NCBI GenBank assembly: GCA_963693365.1
Contig: CAVNZM010000006.1
Coordinates: 6,365,264 to 6,429,263, forward strand
Length of the DNA: 64,000 nucleotides
Direction of reading: 5' to 3'
From: Amoebidium appalachense
Taxonomy: Eukaryota > Protista > Ichthyosporea
In this document: piece by piece, positions 47,325-61,268 of the stretch
How the letters are laid out: each line of letters opens with the position of its first letter
Numbering within the stretch: the first letter of the stretch is position 1
Made by a program: the position numbers and the translations under genes
Notes under the pieces: generated by a model
What the model was told of the DNA's origin: nothing
Databases searched by the model: none
Seen by the model: only the letters and a program-made list of their open reading frames with translations

Positions 47325-50300
47325 CGCAAACACAGCGCAAACACATAAGCGCGCCCCCCCCCCCAAAAAAAAATCTACTAAATGAGTCTGCTGCAGCAAC
47401 CCAGCACCAACCCACCAAACCAGTTCATCCGTGGTAGGATTTTTTGCTTTCCACGATCACCATTATTGAATTTTTTTTGTTTGGATTCTGACCATCCCTC
47501 CCTCCTCCCAACAGTTCTGCATTGTTGACGCAATGGCCCTCAACCGCGTCCCCGACCCCAACAACCCCGAGGACCAAATTCTTCTTGAACCCTTCAAGCA
47601 GCAGTGTGATTTCCAAAAGGAGCAGAAGGAATGCGCAAAATGTACCGCCACTCAGACATGCATCAACGCAACTTGTGTCGATGTGATTGGTCCCTGCGGC
47701 GCCGGATGCCTAAATGGCGGGAAGTGCGGGACGGACGGCGTGTGCGTGTGCGTCAACGGCTGGACGGGCAAATACTGCAGTGTGCCTCCACCCAACTATG
47801 CCCCTTGCACCCCCAACCCGTGCAAGAACGATGGCGTCTGTGTGGCGATTAGCGCTGCTGCTTTCCAGTGCAACTGCGGCGACGGATGGTATGGTGCTAC
47901 ATGTGCTACGGGTATGTGCCTCTTCTCCCCCCCCCTCCCCCCCCCCCCCCCCCCCCCCCCCCCCACCTCCACCTTCCCACCCACCCACCCACTGCAACAC
48001 ACACACACACACATGTGCAAATAGTACCATCTTCGCGGCTCCCCTTCCCTCCTTCTCTCACCCATCTCCCAGTTCCCACCCCACACCAACTCTAACCTAG
48101 TTGATAACCTAGTTGAACCCCGTTTTTAGTCCAGCTTCAAATATAGAACCCCGTTTCTACCCCAGCTGTGCATATATAGACCCATACTTACCCAACCATT
48201 TTCCGGCAGATGTCAACGAGTGCTTTGAGGGTGTGGACACTTGTGACCCCAATGCCGCCTGTGCAAACACCAACGGTAGCTTCACATGCACCTGCCGCGC
48301 CCCGTTCATCGGCGACGGCGTGTTTTGCACTCAACCCGCCACCGTTTACGGGAACATTTGCGTCGACACAAACAACGATGGCAAGTGTGACACGACCGAA
48401 AAGCCAATCGGGTCGGTTCAGGTGACCATCACCGACCCGAAAACGGACAAGACCGTCACTGGCAGCACCAATGCAAACGGTACTTTCACGTTCCCCAACC
48501 TTCCGCCCGGCACCTACATCGTGACTGTAAACACCACCACTCTCCCGTCTTCCACCAACCGACCCACGAACAACCCGACGGGCACCGCTACTGTTACCAT
48601 CACCAGCACCGGCACCATTCCTCCCGTCGTTTTCACCTACGGAGATGTGGATGAATGCACGATGAAGACGCACAAATGCGCCGTCACGTCCGTGTGCACC
48701 AACACCGACGGCTCCTACACGTGCGCCTGCGGCGTGGGTTTCACCGGTAACGGGATTAACTGCACCGCCCTCCCGTCAACGATTATCGGGACGGTGTACA
48801 CCGACGTTAACGCCAACGGACTCAAGGAGAACGGGGAGGCCCCCGTCGCCAATGTTACCGTTGCCCTGTATGGCCCCGACGGCAGCCTGATGGCTGAAGT
48901 TCGCTCGGACGCAAACGGAAAATACGAATTTGCTGGCGTCCCCCCCGGAACGTACATTATTCGGGTGGTCACCTCGTCTCTTCCTGCCCCTTTCAACGTT
49001 ATCACCAGCCCGGCCAACGGCACTGCGACCGTCACCGTCGCCCCCGGCAGCGTACCCCCCGTTACAGATATCGGGTTGAGCGATACCAACGAATGCATGG
49101 CCAAGACGCACAACTGTGGTGCAAACGCACAGTGCACGAACACAATCGGTTCGTTCACGTGCGTGTGCCTGACCGGATACACGGGTAACGGTCTTACGTG
49201 CGCCGACGCCGACGAGTGCAACTCCAAGACGCATAACTGCGCTGCGGCCGCCATTTGCACGAACACGGCCGGTTCTTTCACGTGCGCTTGCCAAGCAAAC
49301 TTTGTCGGTAACGGTATCAACTGCGCCCCCGCCGCCCCTGCCACCGGGTCCGTTACGGGCAACGTCTACACCGACATCAACGGAAACACCCAATGGGATT
49401 CCACCGACTCGGGTATCGGCAGCGCCACGGTGAATCTGATTGGTCCCGACGGAAAGATCGCGTTTACCACTACCACCCCTGCCAACGGCGGGTACACCTT
49501 CCCCGGCGTCCCAGTAGGCACCTACACCGTGCGCATCGACACAAACACTGTCACCGGTGGTTTCCGTACCCCCGTCGCCGGCCGCAACGGTTCCCCAACT
49601 CAGACAGCGACGGTTGCTGGAGGCGCCGCCGCCGGACCAATCAACTTTGGTTTTGTCGACACCAACGAGTGCGCCACCGGCACGCACAAATGCGCTGCCA
49701 GCAATTCCATTTGCACCAACACCGCAGGCAGCTACACGTGCAGGTGCGAGTACGGGTACACGGGCAACGGTACCGTGTGCCTCGAGGTTAACGCGTGCCT
49801 CGACATGGTGGCGATGAGAAACTGCGACGGCAATTCCCAGTGCATGCAGAACGGACAGACGAGGCAGTGGGGTTGCCAATGCAATGCCGGGTTCGTCCCC
49901 AGCGCGGACAAGTACACGTGCATCTTCGCCAACGGTATCATCCTACCAACCGCGCCGGCTTCCAACGGAATCATGTTCCCAACGGCACCCGCTTCTCTTC
50001 TCACCATCAACCCCGTCCCCACACAGTCGATTTCGACCCCTACAAACACCCTGGTTATCGACCCCCCTCCCGTTATGCCCACCGCCGTCACCGTGAACCC
50101 GCAACCCCAGCCAACAATTGTTCCCGCCCCTGGCCCCGTCCCCGCCCCGGCCCCTTCTGCCAGCCGCACATGTAACATCGTTGACGGTCCTGACGGCAGC
50201 CGAGTTGGCTCCGTTCGCGTCACCGTCGTTCCGGGATCTTTGAAGCTCCGCATAGCGTGGAGCGTCGAACCCGCTTCTCTCGAGACCGTTTACGCCGCCG

Positions 50301-51044
50301 TCGCGTGCTCTCCCGCCTCCATCCCCCGCAAGGGCCGCTTGGTTGATTACGAGAGTTTCAGCAGGCCCAGCGCTCGGTTTATCGGTGTGGTCTCTCCCGC
50401 CACCGGCTCCACGGCGGCCATCGAGATTGATGTGTCGTCGGTGAAATGCACGAGCGCGGTGGTTGTTGCCCGCGCTTCATTGGTTGATGGTACGAGCACG
50501 TGGTTGTGCGGTTCGTGCATCACCGCTAAGCCCTACTGCCGCAATCGGTTCAACACGCGTACGACGGATTTCTACGCCAGGGTTAGCATCGGATATTAGT
50601 TCTAGTTTGTTTAAAGAGTACCCGCTGTTTGCCTTTATATGGTGATATCCTCTAGCCATATTAGGAAAGTGTGGCTATAAATACATATGTATAGGTTAAG
50701 CCACATGATGTGCATTTAGTTAGAAGCAAAAAGAATGCTACAGTGTGTAAATGTTGGCAAGAGTGTAAATGTTGGCAGGATACAATGCCATAAAATGGTT
50801 TCTATAATTTCTATATTTAGGTCAATATAGTTTGTCTGAGCGGCTGGCAAGGCATTAGTAATGGCCTTGGGGTTACAGTCCTGCAGACTGGCCGAACCGA
50901 TGAACTATAATCATTAAAATTTATTAAAATGTATACAAATATGCCATTTTGTGCACATTTTCTGCTTGCAGTTCCCTAACCCCCACCCTCCCCCTTCCTA
51001 CCTCAAATTCTCTCGAGCTGCCATCATGTTGCCCCTGCCCCCCC

Positions 51045-51084
<40 letters not shown>

Positions 51085-51256
51085 CCCCTCCCTCCCCCCT
51101 CTTTCCCTCCCTCAGCTTCCCCCGCCATATAGTGTTGAAACAAACGCCCGTCCTTTCCCCTGCAGCCGATAAGGTTTATTAGAGCTGATATGCGGGACAG
51201 CCTCAGTAGGTCTTGATTTCGAATACTTACGTAAATAGGACTTGTTTTCTTGCATT

Positions 51257-51288
<32 letters not shown>

Positions 51289-52203
51289 CTCCTCATCCCC
51301 GCACCTTTCCCTCCGGCACACACACAGACACATGACTGAGTGTCCACCTGCACACAAGATTGCCCGGATGAACCCCCCCCCCCCCCCCCCCCCCTTTTTT
51401 GATTTGAAAAAAAATTCGTTGCTGATAACCCCCCGCCCCCCCCCCCCCCCCCTCCCCCCCCCCCCCCAACCACCCACCCACCCACCCGGTCCCTCTTTCT
51501 GTCCGACTTCGACCCCCCTCCGCCTCTCCAGAGAGCTCACACTTTACACACTGATACCTTCCCTCCCCTCCCCCCCCCCCCCCCCTCAACCCCCCCCTCT
51601 CAACCCTCCCCCTTCCCTTCAATGTGTGGATGTTAATGCAAAGGCTACCGAACACGCCCAGCCAACTAGAACCTACCAGCTGTCCCACCTCAGCTACCCC
51701 CCTCCCCCCGTTCCCAGGGGGAAGGGCCGGGGGAGGGGGGAGGGGGGGAGGGGAGAGAGGGGGGGGGGGGGGGGGGAGGGGGGGGGGGGAGGGGGGGGGG
51801 GGGGGGGGGGGGGAGGGGGGATACGTGCAAAAGCTGGAGAGGGCTCGTGATGATATATGGCCTAAAGGGGGTTCCTTGTAGAGTGTCTGATCGTTCGAAT
51901 TCAGACCCAGAGAATTCAGCAATTAACAGGTTTTTATCGTATGTTTAACGAGTTTTCTCGGGTGTATGATTATTTAAGTTGTTATCTACTCCGTATCTGA
52001 AAGTAACAGATTAGTGTCTTATCCCTGAGATATCTGTGATATCTCGATTGTTTCTGTTTTGATGAGAATATCAATAAAGTCATTAAAAAAAAGGGGGGGA
52101 ATCTCATATTACTCAACACTATATGGGTTCTTCCTTAGAAGTCTAGGGAGACCTGTGGGTGCCAAGGTTGCCCGAAACCGTCATGTGCCCTTCTCGGATC
52201 CCA

Positions 52204-52234
<31 letters not shown>

Positions 52235-52349
52235 AACACCCCCCCCTCCCTCTCCCATTGTAAAAGTTCCCCCCGGCCCGTGCGTGTACGATTGTGGTGA
52301 CGGCTAAATTCTCACCATGTATATGCAAGCCGTAAAATTGCGTCTCACC

Positions 52350-52388
<39 letters not shown>

Positions 52389-53188
52389 CCATTCCCGCCC
52401 CCCCCTTCCCTCCAAAATATTTAGTATGTTACGTGCAGATGGATACCCTACACACAAACACCCTGTCCCACCAACCCACGCAACCTTAGCGGGGAGGCAC
52501 AGACCCATATCATTATTCTAACCAACTTGCCCTCTCCCTCTCCGTCCTCCCTCCCTTCTCCCCCCCCCCCCCCCCCCTCTCCCTCCTCCCCTCCCCTCCC
52601 CTCCCCCCTCCCCTCCCCCCTTTAGACCTCCTACTCCCTTCACATCGCTGACAAAAAAAAATGGAAAGAAAAAGTCCTCCGTACTATTTCATATCAGGTC
52701 CTTTGGACGTGAGCCCTAGACGCAAGGTGATCTCAGTGACACCGGGAGGGGGGAGAGGGGAGAGGGGCGGGGAGAGGAGGAGGGGGGGGGGGGGTTCCAC
52801 GAATTACGACTGAATTGCCAATTTGATGCTGCAACATGCCGTCTCCCTAAACTCTCTTGAAAAAGCCACATTTACCATGAGCAATATGGCAGGTACCAAC
52901 TATGGGGTTCTGGTTTGCTTGTGCTTCCTGTCCGAACTTAAAAAAAGGTGCTGTAATAGGGGTCCGCTCTGGCCAAATTTCATCACTTAGTCCTCCTCGA
53001 GCATTCATCATCTAAACATCTCCCCCCCACCCCCCTTCCCCCTCCCACCCCCCCTCCCCCCACCACCTGCTTTGTTTTGCTGAATAACGGGGGGTGGGGG
53101 TGGGGGGGGGGGGAGGTGGGGGGACCCTGCTTGTCGACTTCCTGCCTTCTTGCCGGAAAAATGCCCCTCCCCCTCCCCTTCCCCCCCC

Positions 53189-53223
<35 letters not shown>

Positions 53224-54029
53224 CCCACCCACCCAAAAAAAAAAGAACAAGAATATCCGAGAGGTGTTCTTAATACTGATTCCTTGCACACCGACTTACA
53301 CATTTGTCACAACAGCATTGAAACCCCCCAGTTTGTACGTTCAGGTGGCAGCTAGCCCATCGGAAACCTGCACTAATATTGGTTTTTCTTGCAAATCCCG
53401 CGGTAGCCCATACACATGTGTAATAGTACTGATTGTCATATTAGCCCCCCCCCCTCCCTCCCCCCCCCCCCCCCCCCCCGCGGGGGCCTCCCCTCCCCCC
53501 TCCCCCCCTCCTCCCGTTCCTTCCCGCTTTACATTCCCTCCCCCGGGGCCTCTCCTCCCCCCTCCCCCTTCCTCCCGTTCCTTCCCCCTTTACATTCCCT
53601 CCCTTCCCACCACCCACCCTCCCCCCTCCTTCCCCCCCCCTCCCCCCCCCCCCCCAGGTTCCTCAGACACATAATGGTTCTATGTCTCTTGCCGCTGGAA
53701 GCCGGGTGTCAATCACCACATCCCCCTCCCCCCCCCCCCCCCCCCCCTTTCTCCACCCGCTCCCCCCCCCCCCTCCCTCCCCCCCCCCCCCCCCCCCGAG
53801 CCCCCTCCACACACACACAAACACATGCATACTCACACACCTTTTTCTATCTTCCGCAATCAGGGGTTCCATTCTCAAGTTAAAATTACTAAGGTCATTC
53901 CCCAAGATGAATTAACCAATCAGGTGCATTCCCCAAGATGAATTAGCCAATCAGGTGCATGGATAGGCCATCGGATTTCTAAACTAGCCAATCGGTGGAA
54001 ATCTGCCATTCTACACTTAGCCAACACCC

Positions 54030-54260
54030 CCCCCCCCCCTCGCCCCAATAGGTGACTCTGCCCTCTCTCCCCCAAAAACATCATACTAACCTCTGGACCC
54101 TATAGATTCTCTGCATCCCCCCCCCCCCCCCCCCCCTCTCTCTCTCTCCCCCCCCCCCCCCCCCCCCCCTCGCCCCAATAGGTGACTCGTGCCCTCTCCC
54201 CCCCAAAAACATCATACAAACCTCTGGACCCTATAGATTCTCTGCATCCCCCCCCCCCCC
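54030..54260. repeat. Tandem duplication of about 130 bp
   Basis: CCTCGCCCCAATAGGTGACTC...CCTCTGGACCCTATAGATTCTCTGCATCC occurs at about 54038 and about 54168. Confidence 0.85.
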
Positions 54261-54803
54261 CCCCTCTCTCTCTCTCTCCCCCCCCCCCCTTTCCCCCCGC
54301 CACCCTCGCCCCCCTTTCCCCCCCTCCTTTGGTCCCTGCCCCCAGACGACACGTCCATGATTTTGCATGTGCACCATGAAATCCCCCCCCCCCCCCCCCC
54401 CCCCCCCTCCCCCCCCCCCTCCCTCCCCACACACACACACAACTCCATCGGCAGCAAATATTATTGTGAACCCAGTTTCATCTCTGTGTTTAAGAACGCA
54501 CAAAGGCTCATCTTAATACTGTGAGACTGTGGGCCATGATTTTATTTATTTATTTATTTTTTATTTATTTTTATAGTTTTTAGCCCGTTTTGTTCCCGGA
54601 GGAGCCTGGCCCCTAGGGGTCCCACACAGGCAATTCCGCCTTCCACTAAGCACCGACTGTGCTCTGGCTAGGGTGCTAATGGCGCGATTTAGTTAAGTTA
54701 ACACACCTTTACCAATTATAAATATTATAGTAAAGTACACACTTAGTCCGGGGTTTTGCCCCAGTGTTTTAGATTTGATGGAAACATACAGGTCTGCACA
54801 AGT

Positions 54804-54923
<120 letters not shown>

Positions 54924-56009
54924 CCCCCCCACCCCCCCCACCCCCCTCCTTCCCCCCTTCTGAATACCCTTCCCGTCTCACATTTGGGCGCCGTCCGCTT
55001 AGTGCCCCTTGCCCCCGTACCCACAACTCCGAGCCTCACCCCCACCCCTTCCCTTTACACCACCACATGTACACACATCGACACATACAGACACACACAT
55101 GTACAGACATACGCTCACTTGCACAAACGAAAACCACACCATCCGCCCACCCACATCATGATCCCATCTCCACTCTCTGGTGCTCTCACCTCCCCCTTGG
55201 TCGCCAAGCGCTTGGCGCCCAATGAAGCTCACTCACCATTTTTTACCATTCCGCACACTGAATAAAGCCAACCTCTCATTGCTTCCACACATGCAAGACC
55301 GCACAAGTGCGCTCTACGTGTGCATGTTTGCCCACCTTAGTGGGATTGCAAGTCTGTTATGTGCACACACGGCAAAGATGCAAACAGTGAAAGATCACAC
55401 ACACCCAGTCCCCCCTCCTCCCCCCCCCCAACCCACCCACCCGTATACACCCACACACCACACATGCACACACAAAATAAGGAAAAAGCACGTGGAAAAG
55501 GTACGTTCCTTATTTGTTTCGAACATATTGGACACTGTGCTATTTTTAGCATTCGTGTTTATTATTTCCTGCGTATGTAGCTCCCGATGGTTAATAATTG
55601 GTACCCTTAGGAAAATCCAAGCATGCCTTTCGCCTTAGGCTGCATATCATGAATTTCATAGCACCATGTTTTCCCCCTGCAGATTATTTGAACTGTGAAC
55701 TCATTAAAGTTAACCGTTGCTGTGTGTCCGTAAATACTTGCTTTAAAATTGAACAAAGGGGAAGATGTTAGTTCTCATCAATCTGAAAGAAAGAACAAGC
55801 ACGCAAGCACGAAATACGAAAGATGATCGTTAGCCAACAACGTGCAGTTGTGAGCATTAAATCACATACTCGCCTAAAAAAGGAAAAGAAAGAATATTAT
55901 TGCTTTCACCTATTTTTGAAATATCAAACACTCGGGCACCCATTACGAAGAGGGTCTGTCGATATTAAAGGTGGACTTCCTACCCGCCCCCAATGACACA
56001 TAGTATGGT

Positions 56010-57216
56010 TCAAAGGAAGTGGTGATGGCGGCGGTGTTCCTCAATCACCACAGTCTCCCCACCACCAAACATCCCACCCCTCTGCTCCACAATCACCGTC
56101 TCATTCCCACGATGGTGGTGACGATGCCTCTCCTCCACAATCACGTCAGTCTGACCCCCGAACATCCCACCACGATTCTGCTCAATGAACACCTCATTCT
56201 GATTCCCATACCCGTAGCCCCGGTTCTGCTCAACAATGACATCTGTCTGCCGACCGTAAAGACCGTTGTTCTGCTCGACAATGACCGTCTCATTCCCACG
56301 ATGATGATGGTGGCGGGGGCGCTCCTCGACAATAACATCTGTCTGGCCGCCAAATGGGCCCCTGTTCTGCTCAATGAACACATCAGTCTGGTTGCCGTAG
56401 CCGTAACCCCGGTTCTGGTCGACGAAAACGTCCGTCTGGTTTCCGAACATGCCCTGTCTCTGCTCAATGAAGACATCGTTCTGGGGGCGGTAGAATGGGT
56501 CGCTGGGGCCAGACTGGAAAAGGGGAAAGATCATATAAGAACGAGGCGGGAGATGAAAACAGGAATATAGAGACAGGAGTGTAGAGAGTTATCTATGACG
56601 GGGATAGTTTTTTTGGTAATAAGATTGTTGAGGGTCTGAGGGACATAGTTGTTGCATTGTGTACTAGAAATGGTATCTGATGTGCAGATGTTCATCCTGA
56701 GGCTTGAAGTGAAACTCTTCAACCGAAACAGCATGTCCTTTCTCAATGAAGTGCAGGAAGTGAAAAGCAGGTAATGCTTACGAATCATCCAAAAAGCTTG
56801 CGTGAAAAGGTTCTTTAAAGCTACTCCAGAACCAGAATACAAAAACCACACAGACTCACCGAAGTGGCAAATCTAAAACAAGAACATGAGAGGAATAGGG
56901 CACAAGAGCGTGAGAAGAATCTGATTCCCCCTGAAAGCAACAAGACAATTCCCCATTCCAGGGTTCACATTCTCACCTCCATCACAGTCGTGCGGTCACC
57001 AAACAGCCCCCTCTTCTCGTCAATCACCGTTGTCTGGCCTGTATACGGGTTGGTCTCGACAATGTCGGTGCGATTTCCAAACAGGCCCCTCTTCTCCTCG
57101 ACGGTGGTGGTCTGCCCGGTGTAGGGGTTCGTCTCGATGATGTCTGTGCGGTCGCCGAACAAACCACGACGCTCAGAAACGAAGACGTCCTCGCGTGCGA
57201 ACGGATCGTAAGCCAT
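56010..57216 (-). CDS. Uncharacterised repetitive, His-rich protein (about 247 aa, 2 exons)
   Basis: Exon 56977-57216 (donor GTGAGA) joins in phase 0 to exon 56010-56513 (acceptor TTCCAG). Coding-like codon usage. Repeats RGLFGDRTDIIETNPYTGQTT and TDVFIEQNRGxFGxQ, plus three RHHH(H) motifs. Confidence 0.8.
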
Positions 57217-58336
57217 CTTGGAATCTGTGTGTGTGTTGCCGGAAGGGGGAGAAGGGTGTGGTCAAGATTCGTTCTTGTAAGTGAGGGGGTTGTGTTGTTC
57301 TGAAGGCTCTATCGCTACGTGGGGCGAATTTATACTGTGGAGTCTGAGGTTAAATTTAGGAATGCGGCAGCCGCAAGATGATTGGTTTTGAACTGTTGAT
57401 AACCAAAAATAGCTATAATGGATAAGATCCCTTGTAATAACTAATAAGTTCGACATGAAATAGTCACACCCTGCAAACATTTGTGTTCAAAGGAAAAGGC
57501 ACCATATTTATATGCAAAGCATTAGCGAGTCTGCCAAAGACTTTTTTGCAAATGTCTTTTATTCTGGCAGCATATATGAGAAGAGACTGTGTTTTTTTTC
57601 CTGCAGAGAAGTGTGAGTTTTAGCCGGTCGCATGTAGCGATTATCAATGACGTAAGCATTCATTTGTTGCGCCAATCATCTAGCGATATCCGCTCTAGAT
57701 ATTTATAGTAAAGACCACAAAACTAAATTTCTTCCTCCATTCGCTATCGATCACGTTAGCGCTGTTGTCTGCAAATATCGGCGGCCGGCTTCTGGCAGCC
57801 TCTTGGAATGCGGTTTCCGGGCGATGAGCACGAATGATTGGTAGTCACAGAAAATGACCATGTTCGACCATGCTCTTCTACGATTGGCTAACATGCGCTT
57901 GGAATGTGCACCTGCAGGCCCAGTTCGTACTCGGCACGTACACAAGTTGAGTGTCCCACGTGCACCCGCCCCTATGTAACTACTATTGATCAATGATTTG
58001 TAACACGTGTTTATTATTTGGTGCCACACGCACGTTGCACGGCTCTGCGAAAGGGCCTGTACACAAATTTACCTACGCCAATGACAGTGAGCCCCAGGCG
58101 TTGCCCACTACCCGCCTACGAAATTCACGAATTCGGCAGTGGCGTTCTTGTTTATACAAAAACTTTTTTTATGATGTGGTACATACTAAAAAAAAACACA
58201 TGTACTGTGCATCGTGTGGCCCGGCGAATACATATATGGTGTCCACGTGTGTGTGTTCTGGGTTGTGTTTCTATTTGTGCCGTAACCTGGTAGTGAGCGC
58301 ACAACTGCACACGCACTCCCCCCCCCCCCCCCCCCC

Positions 58337-58390
<54 letters not shown>

Positions 58391-58715
58391 CCCCCCCCTC
58401 CCCCCCCCCCCCAATATCGTGCGTATGACTGTCGTTACGTGTTTGTTTCATGAATTGTGATCCACTAAAAGTAGTTTGAAATCATATACATGATATAGGG
58501 AACTAGATAGGGAACTTATGATAGTGAGAAAAATTCAAAATGATCTATCACGGTGTTGGCAAAAACAATTTGTGAGAGCACTTACTGATGTACACACACA
58601 CCTTGCGGTGTGACCGTCGTTGCATTTGTCTGTGGCACTGAGTGCCCATGATGTGAGCACGTGTGCGCGTGTGCGTGCTTGTGTGTGTGTGTGCGTGACA
58701 CTGTGTGTGTGAGAC

Positions 58716-58749
<34 letters not shown>

Positions 58750-58805
58750 CGTGTGCGTGTGTGTGCATGTGTGTGCATGTGTGCGTGTGTGTTTGACGGC
58801 ATGAA

Positions 58806-58836
<31 letters not shown>

Positions 58837-59649
58837 GGTAAAGGCATATTATTAGTTTCAAAACTCTTCAGGCCTTTTCTACTTTTGTGTTTCTTTTCTC
58901 TCCTTTTTTTTTTTTCCCCCTTTCTATACTGCCTAAATTGAGCACGTGTTTGATAAATTTCGGAGTCACACGGGGGGACCACGGGGGTTGGGTGGGGTGT
59001 GTGGGTATGTGGGGTTTGGGGTACGTGTGTGTGCGTGTGTGTTGCCCCAGGTGTGTGTGTGTGTGTTGGGGGGGGGGGGGGGGGGGGGGGAGGGGGGGGG
59101 GGGGGAGATCAAGTCAAAAGTGGTGACCCGTGTAATACCCCCTCCCCCTCCCCCCCCTCCCCCCCCCCTCCCCCCCCTTCCCCCCCCCCCCCCCCCCCCT
59201 CATCTCCTCCCCACTCAGAAAGTTGTCGAAGAGATTCAACGGGGAAAACAAGAAAGAAGAAAAATTGAAACACACAACACTATCCCAGGGTCTGACCAGA
59301 CTAGAGCCATCCAAAGTATCTCTGAAAAACAGGCATTGAATTCAGTTTCTCCCACGAGTTCTACTGTGCGCGCGTGTGCATGACATTGTAAACAACTTGC
59401 GCCAAGGGAGGGAAGAGGACGAGGGCAAAGGGGGGATTGGGGGGGGGGGGGGGGGGGGGGGTATTGCTCAAGCTACTACAACTCCCAAACGCCCTAGATG
59501 AAATTCTTACCAATAACCTAGTCTCTCTCTCTCACTCTCTCCCTCACCCTCTCTTGCTCACTCTCTTCCCCTCTAAGGGTCCTCTCCCCCTCTGCTCTCT
59601 CTCCGAGTCTTTCTCTCTCTCTCTCTCTCCCTCTTTCTCTCTCACTCAG

Positions 59650-59827
<178 letters not shown>

Positions 59828-60317
59828 GCACACACACACTCTCTCCCCCCTCCCTCCCCCCCGCGCCCTCTCCCTCTCCCCCTAACTACATCCCTCCCTC
59901 TCTTCCTCTCTCTCTCTCTCTCTCTCTCTCTCCCCCCCCCCCCCCCCCCCCCCCCCCGCCGCCCCCTTGGGGGCGGGGGGGGGGGGGGGGGGGGGGGGGG
60001 AGGGGCCACAAAACCTCCAGCTGAAACCTCAATGCTCCCTCCGTGCAGCCGGTAGCTGCAATAGGTGGATAGATACGACCGTTTTACTGGAATCAATTGT
60101 TTAAGGGGGAAAAAACAGCCATTTCTTCAAAAAAGGTCCGACCATTCTTTTCTTTAAAAATTTAAAAAGAAAAAAATCCCAACCAGCAGTGAGAAAGTCA
60201 CGCATTTCATAGTCTCCCTGATCCAACCCCCCCCCCCCCCCCCCCTCCCCCGGGAACCACACAAGTGCACAGGCTCGTTTACACCCGCGCCCGCGCTCAC
60301 ACACACACACGCACACG

Positions 60318-60384
<67 letters not shown>

Positions 60385-60925
60385 TGTCACACACACTACA
60401 TGTCTGCTGTGCACCGTAATCTGATGAATACACGTACATACATGGGCACCTCGCAAGAAAATACACATACCCACCCGTCCAACTACAAGTTGCCCCAACT
60501 ACATTTACCCACGACTAAGTTATCTTCCTAATACTTGAAGAAAAGTCCTTCCGCCAGCGGGGCTGACTGGGGGGGTAAGGGGTACAGGGGGTAAGGAGGG
60601 GGAGGGGGAAGAAGAGGAAGGGAGAGGGAGGGGGGGGGGGGGGGGGGGGGGGGGTAATGTTCTAGAGGCTCGATGTATAATCCAAAATATGCATTCGTCT
60701 CGTCGCATATCCTCAAGGGGTTTACGCTGTTTCCTCGAGGCAAAGAAACAAATGATTCAGTGAATCCGGTAATTCCGGTAATTCGGTAATTCGGTAATTC
60801 CGGTGATTCCGAATGAATCCGGTAATTCCGAATGGGGCTCATGCCAACCTACCATTTACAGGGCAGAGAGAAATTTAAACCTGGATAATCTGTGCATTGG
60901 GTGTACGTGTCACACTCACACACAC

Positions 60926-60968
<43 letters not shown>

Positions 60969-61034
60969 TGTGTGCCACAGTGTGTGTGTGTTTGGGGGGA
61001 GGGGGGCCGGGGGGGGGGGGGGGGGGGGGGGGGG

Positions 61035-61065
<31 letters not shown>

Positions 61066-61138
61066 GAAGAATTTTAAACAGAGGCATAACGCTTACAAGG
61101 GGTTTGCTTTGGTCTTTGTTGGGGGCGGGGCTTTTATT

Positions 61139-61173
<35 letters not shown>

Positions 61174-61229
61174 TGGGTGCAGGGCAGGGGAGGAGGGAAA
61201 GTCGCAAGTGTTGGAGAAAGGGAGAGCCG

Positions 61230-61268
<39 letters not shown>

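Larger units (their letters stand above)
36381..50599 (+). pseudogene. Large secreted mosaic protein (signal peptide, PA14, Calx-beta/cadherin-like segment, vWD, Cys-rich region, EGF, alternating Ca-binding EGF and SdrD-B/Cna-B-like repeats, Pro/Thr linker, C-terminal Cys domain), disrupted in exon 2 by an LTR element
   Basis: Exons: 36381-36676 (signal peptide MAFTAMLCAALVALTSHSVSAQ), 37055-37441 joined to 45691-46379, 46738-47165, 47515-47911, 48210-50599. PA14: GEYIFRATSDDGARVRVD...VEFFQGPG. Other motifs: FTPDNWETPQ; vWD GDPHYVTFD..FQG...GLCGNYN; cbEGF DVNEC/DVDEC/DTNEC; SdrD-B-like GTVYTDVNANG...DANGKYEF..VPPGTY. Removing the LTR element and one TSD restores the frame (DAPPQQFC). Two further apparent frameshifts lie at about 45900 and about 47000-47070. 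Confidence 0.85.

Noticed and set aside
48188-50253. Long antisense and alternative-frame ORFs over the EGF/SdrD exon (similarly over gag, pol and 56019-56570)
   Set aside because: Shadow ORFs produced by GC3-biased coding sequence, with no recognisable motifs.
59219-59332. Possible isolated exon KVVEEIQRGKQERRK...
   Set aside because: No GT donor or partner exons could be linked, and there is no recognisable domain.
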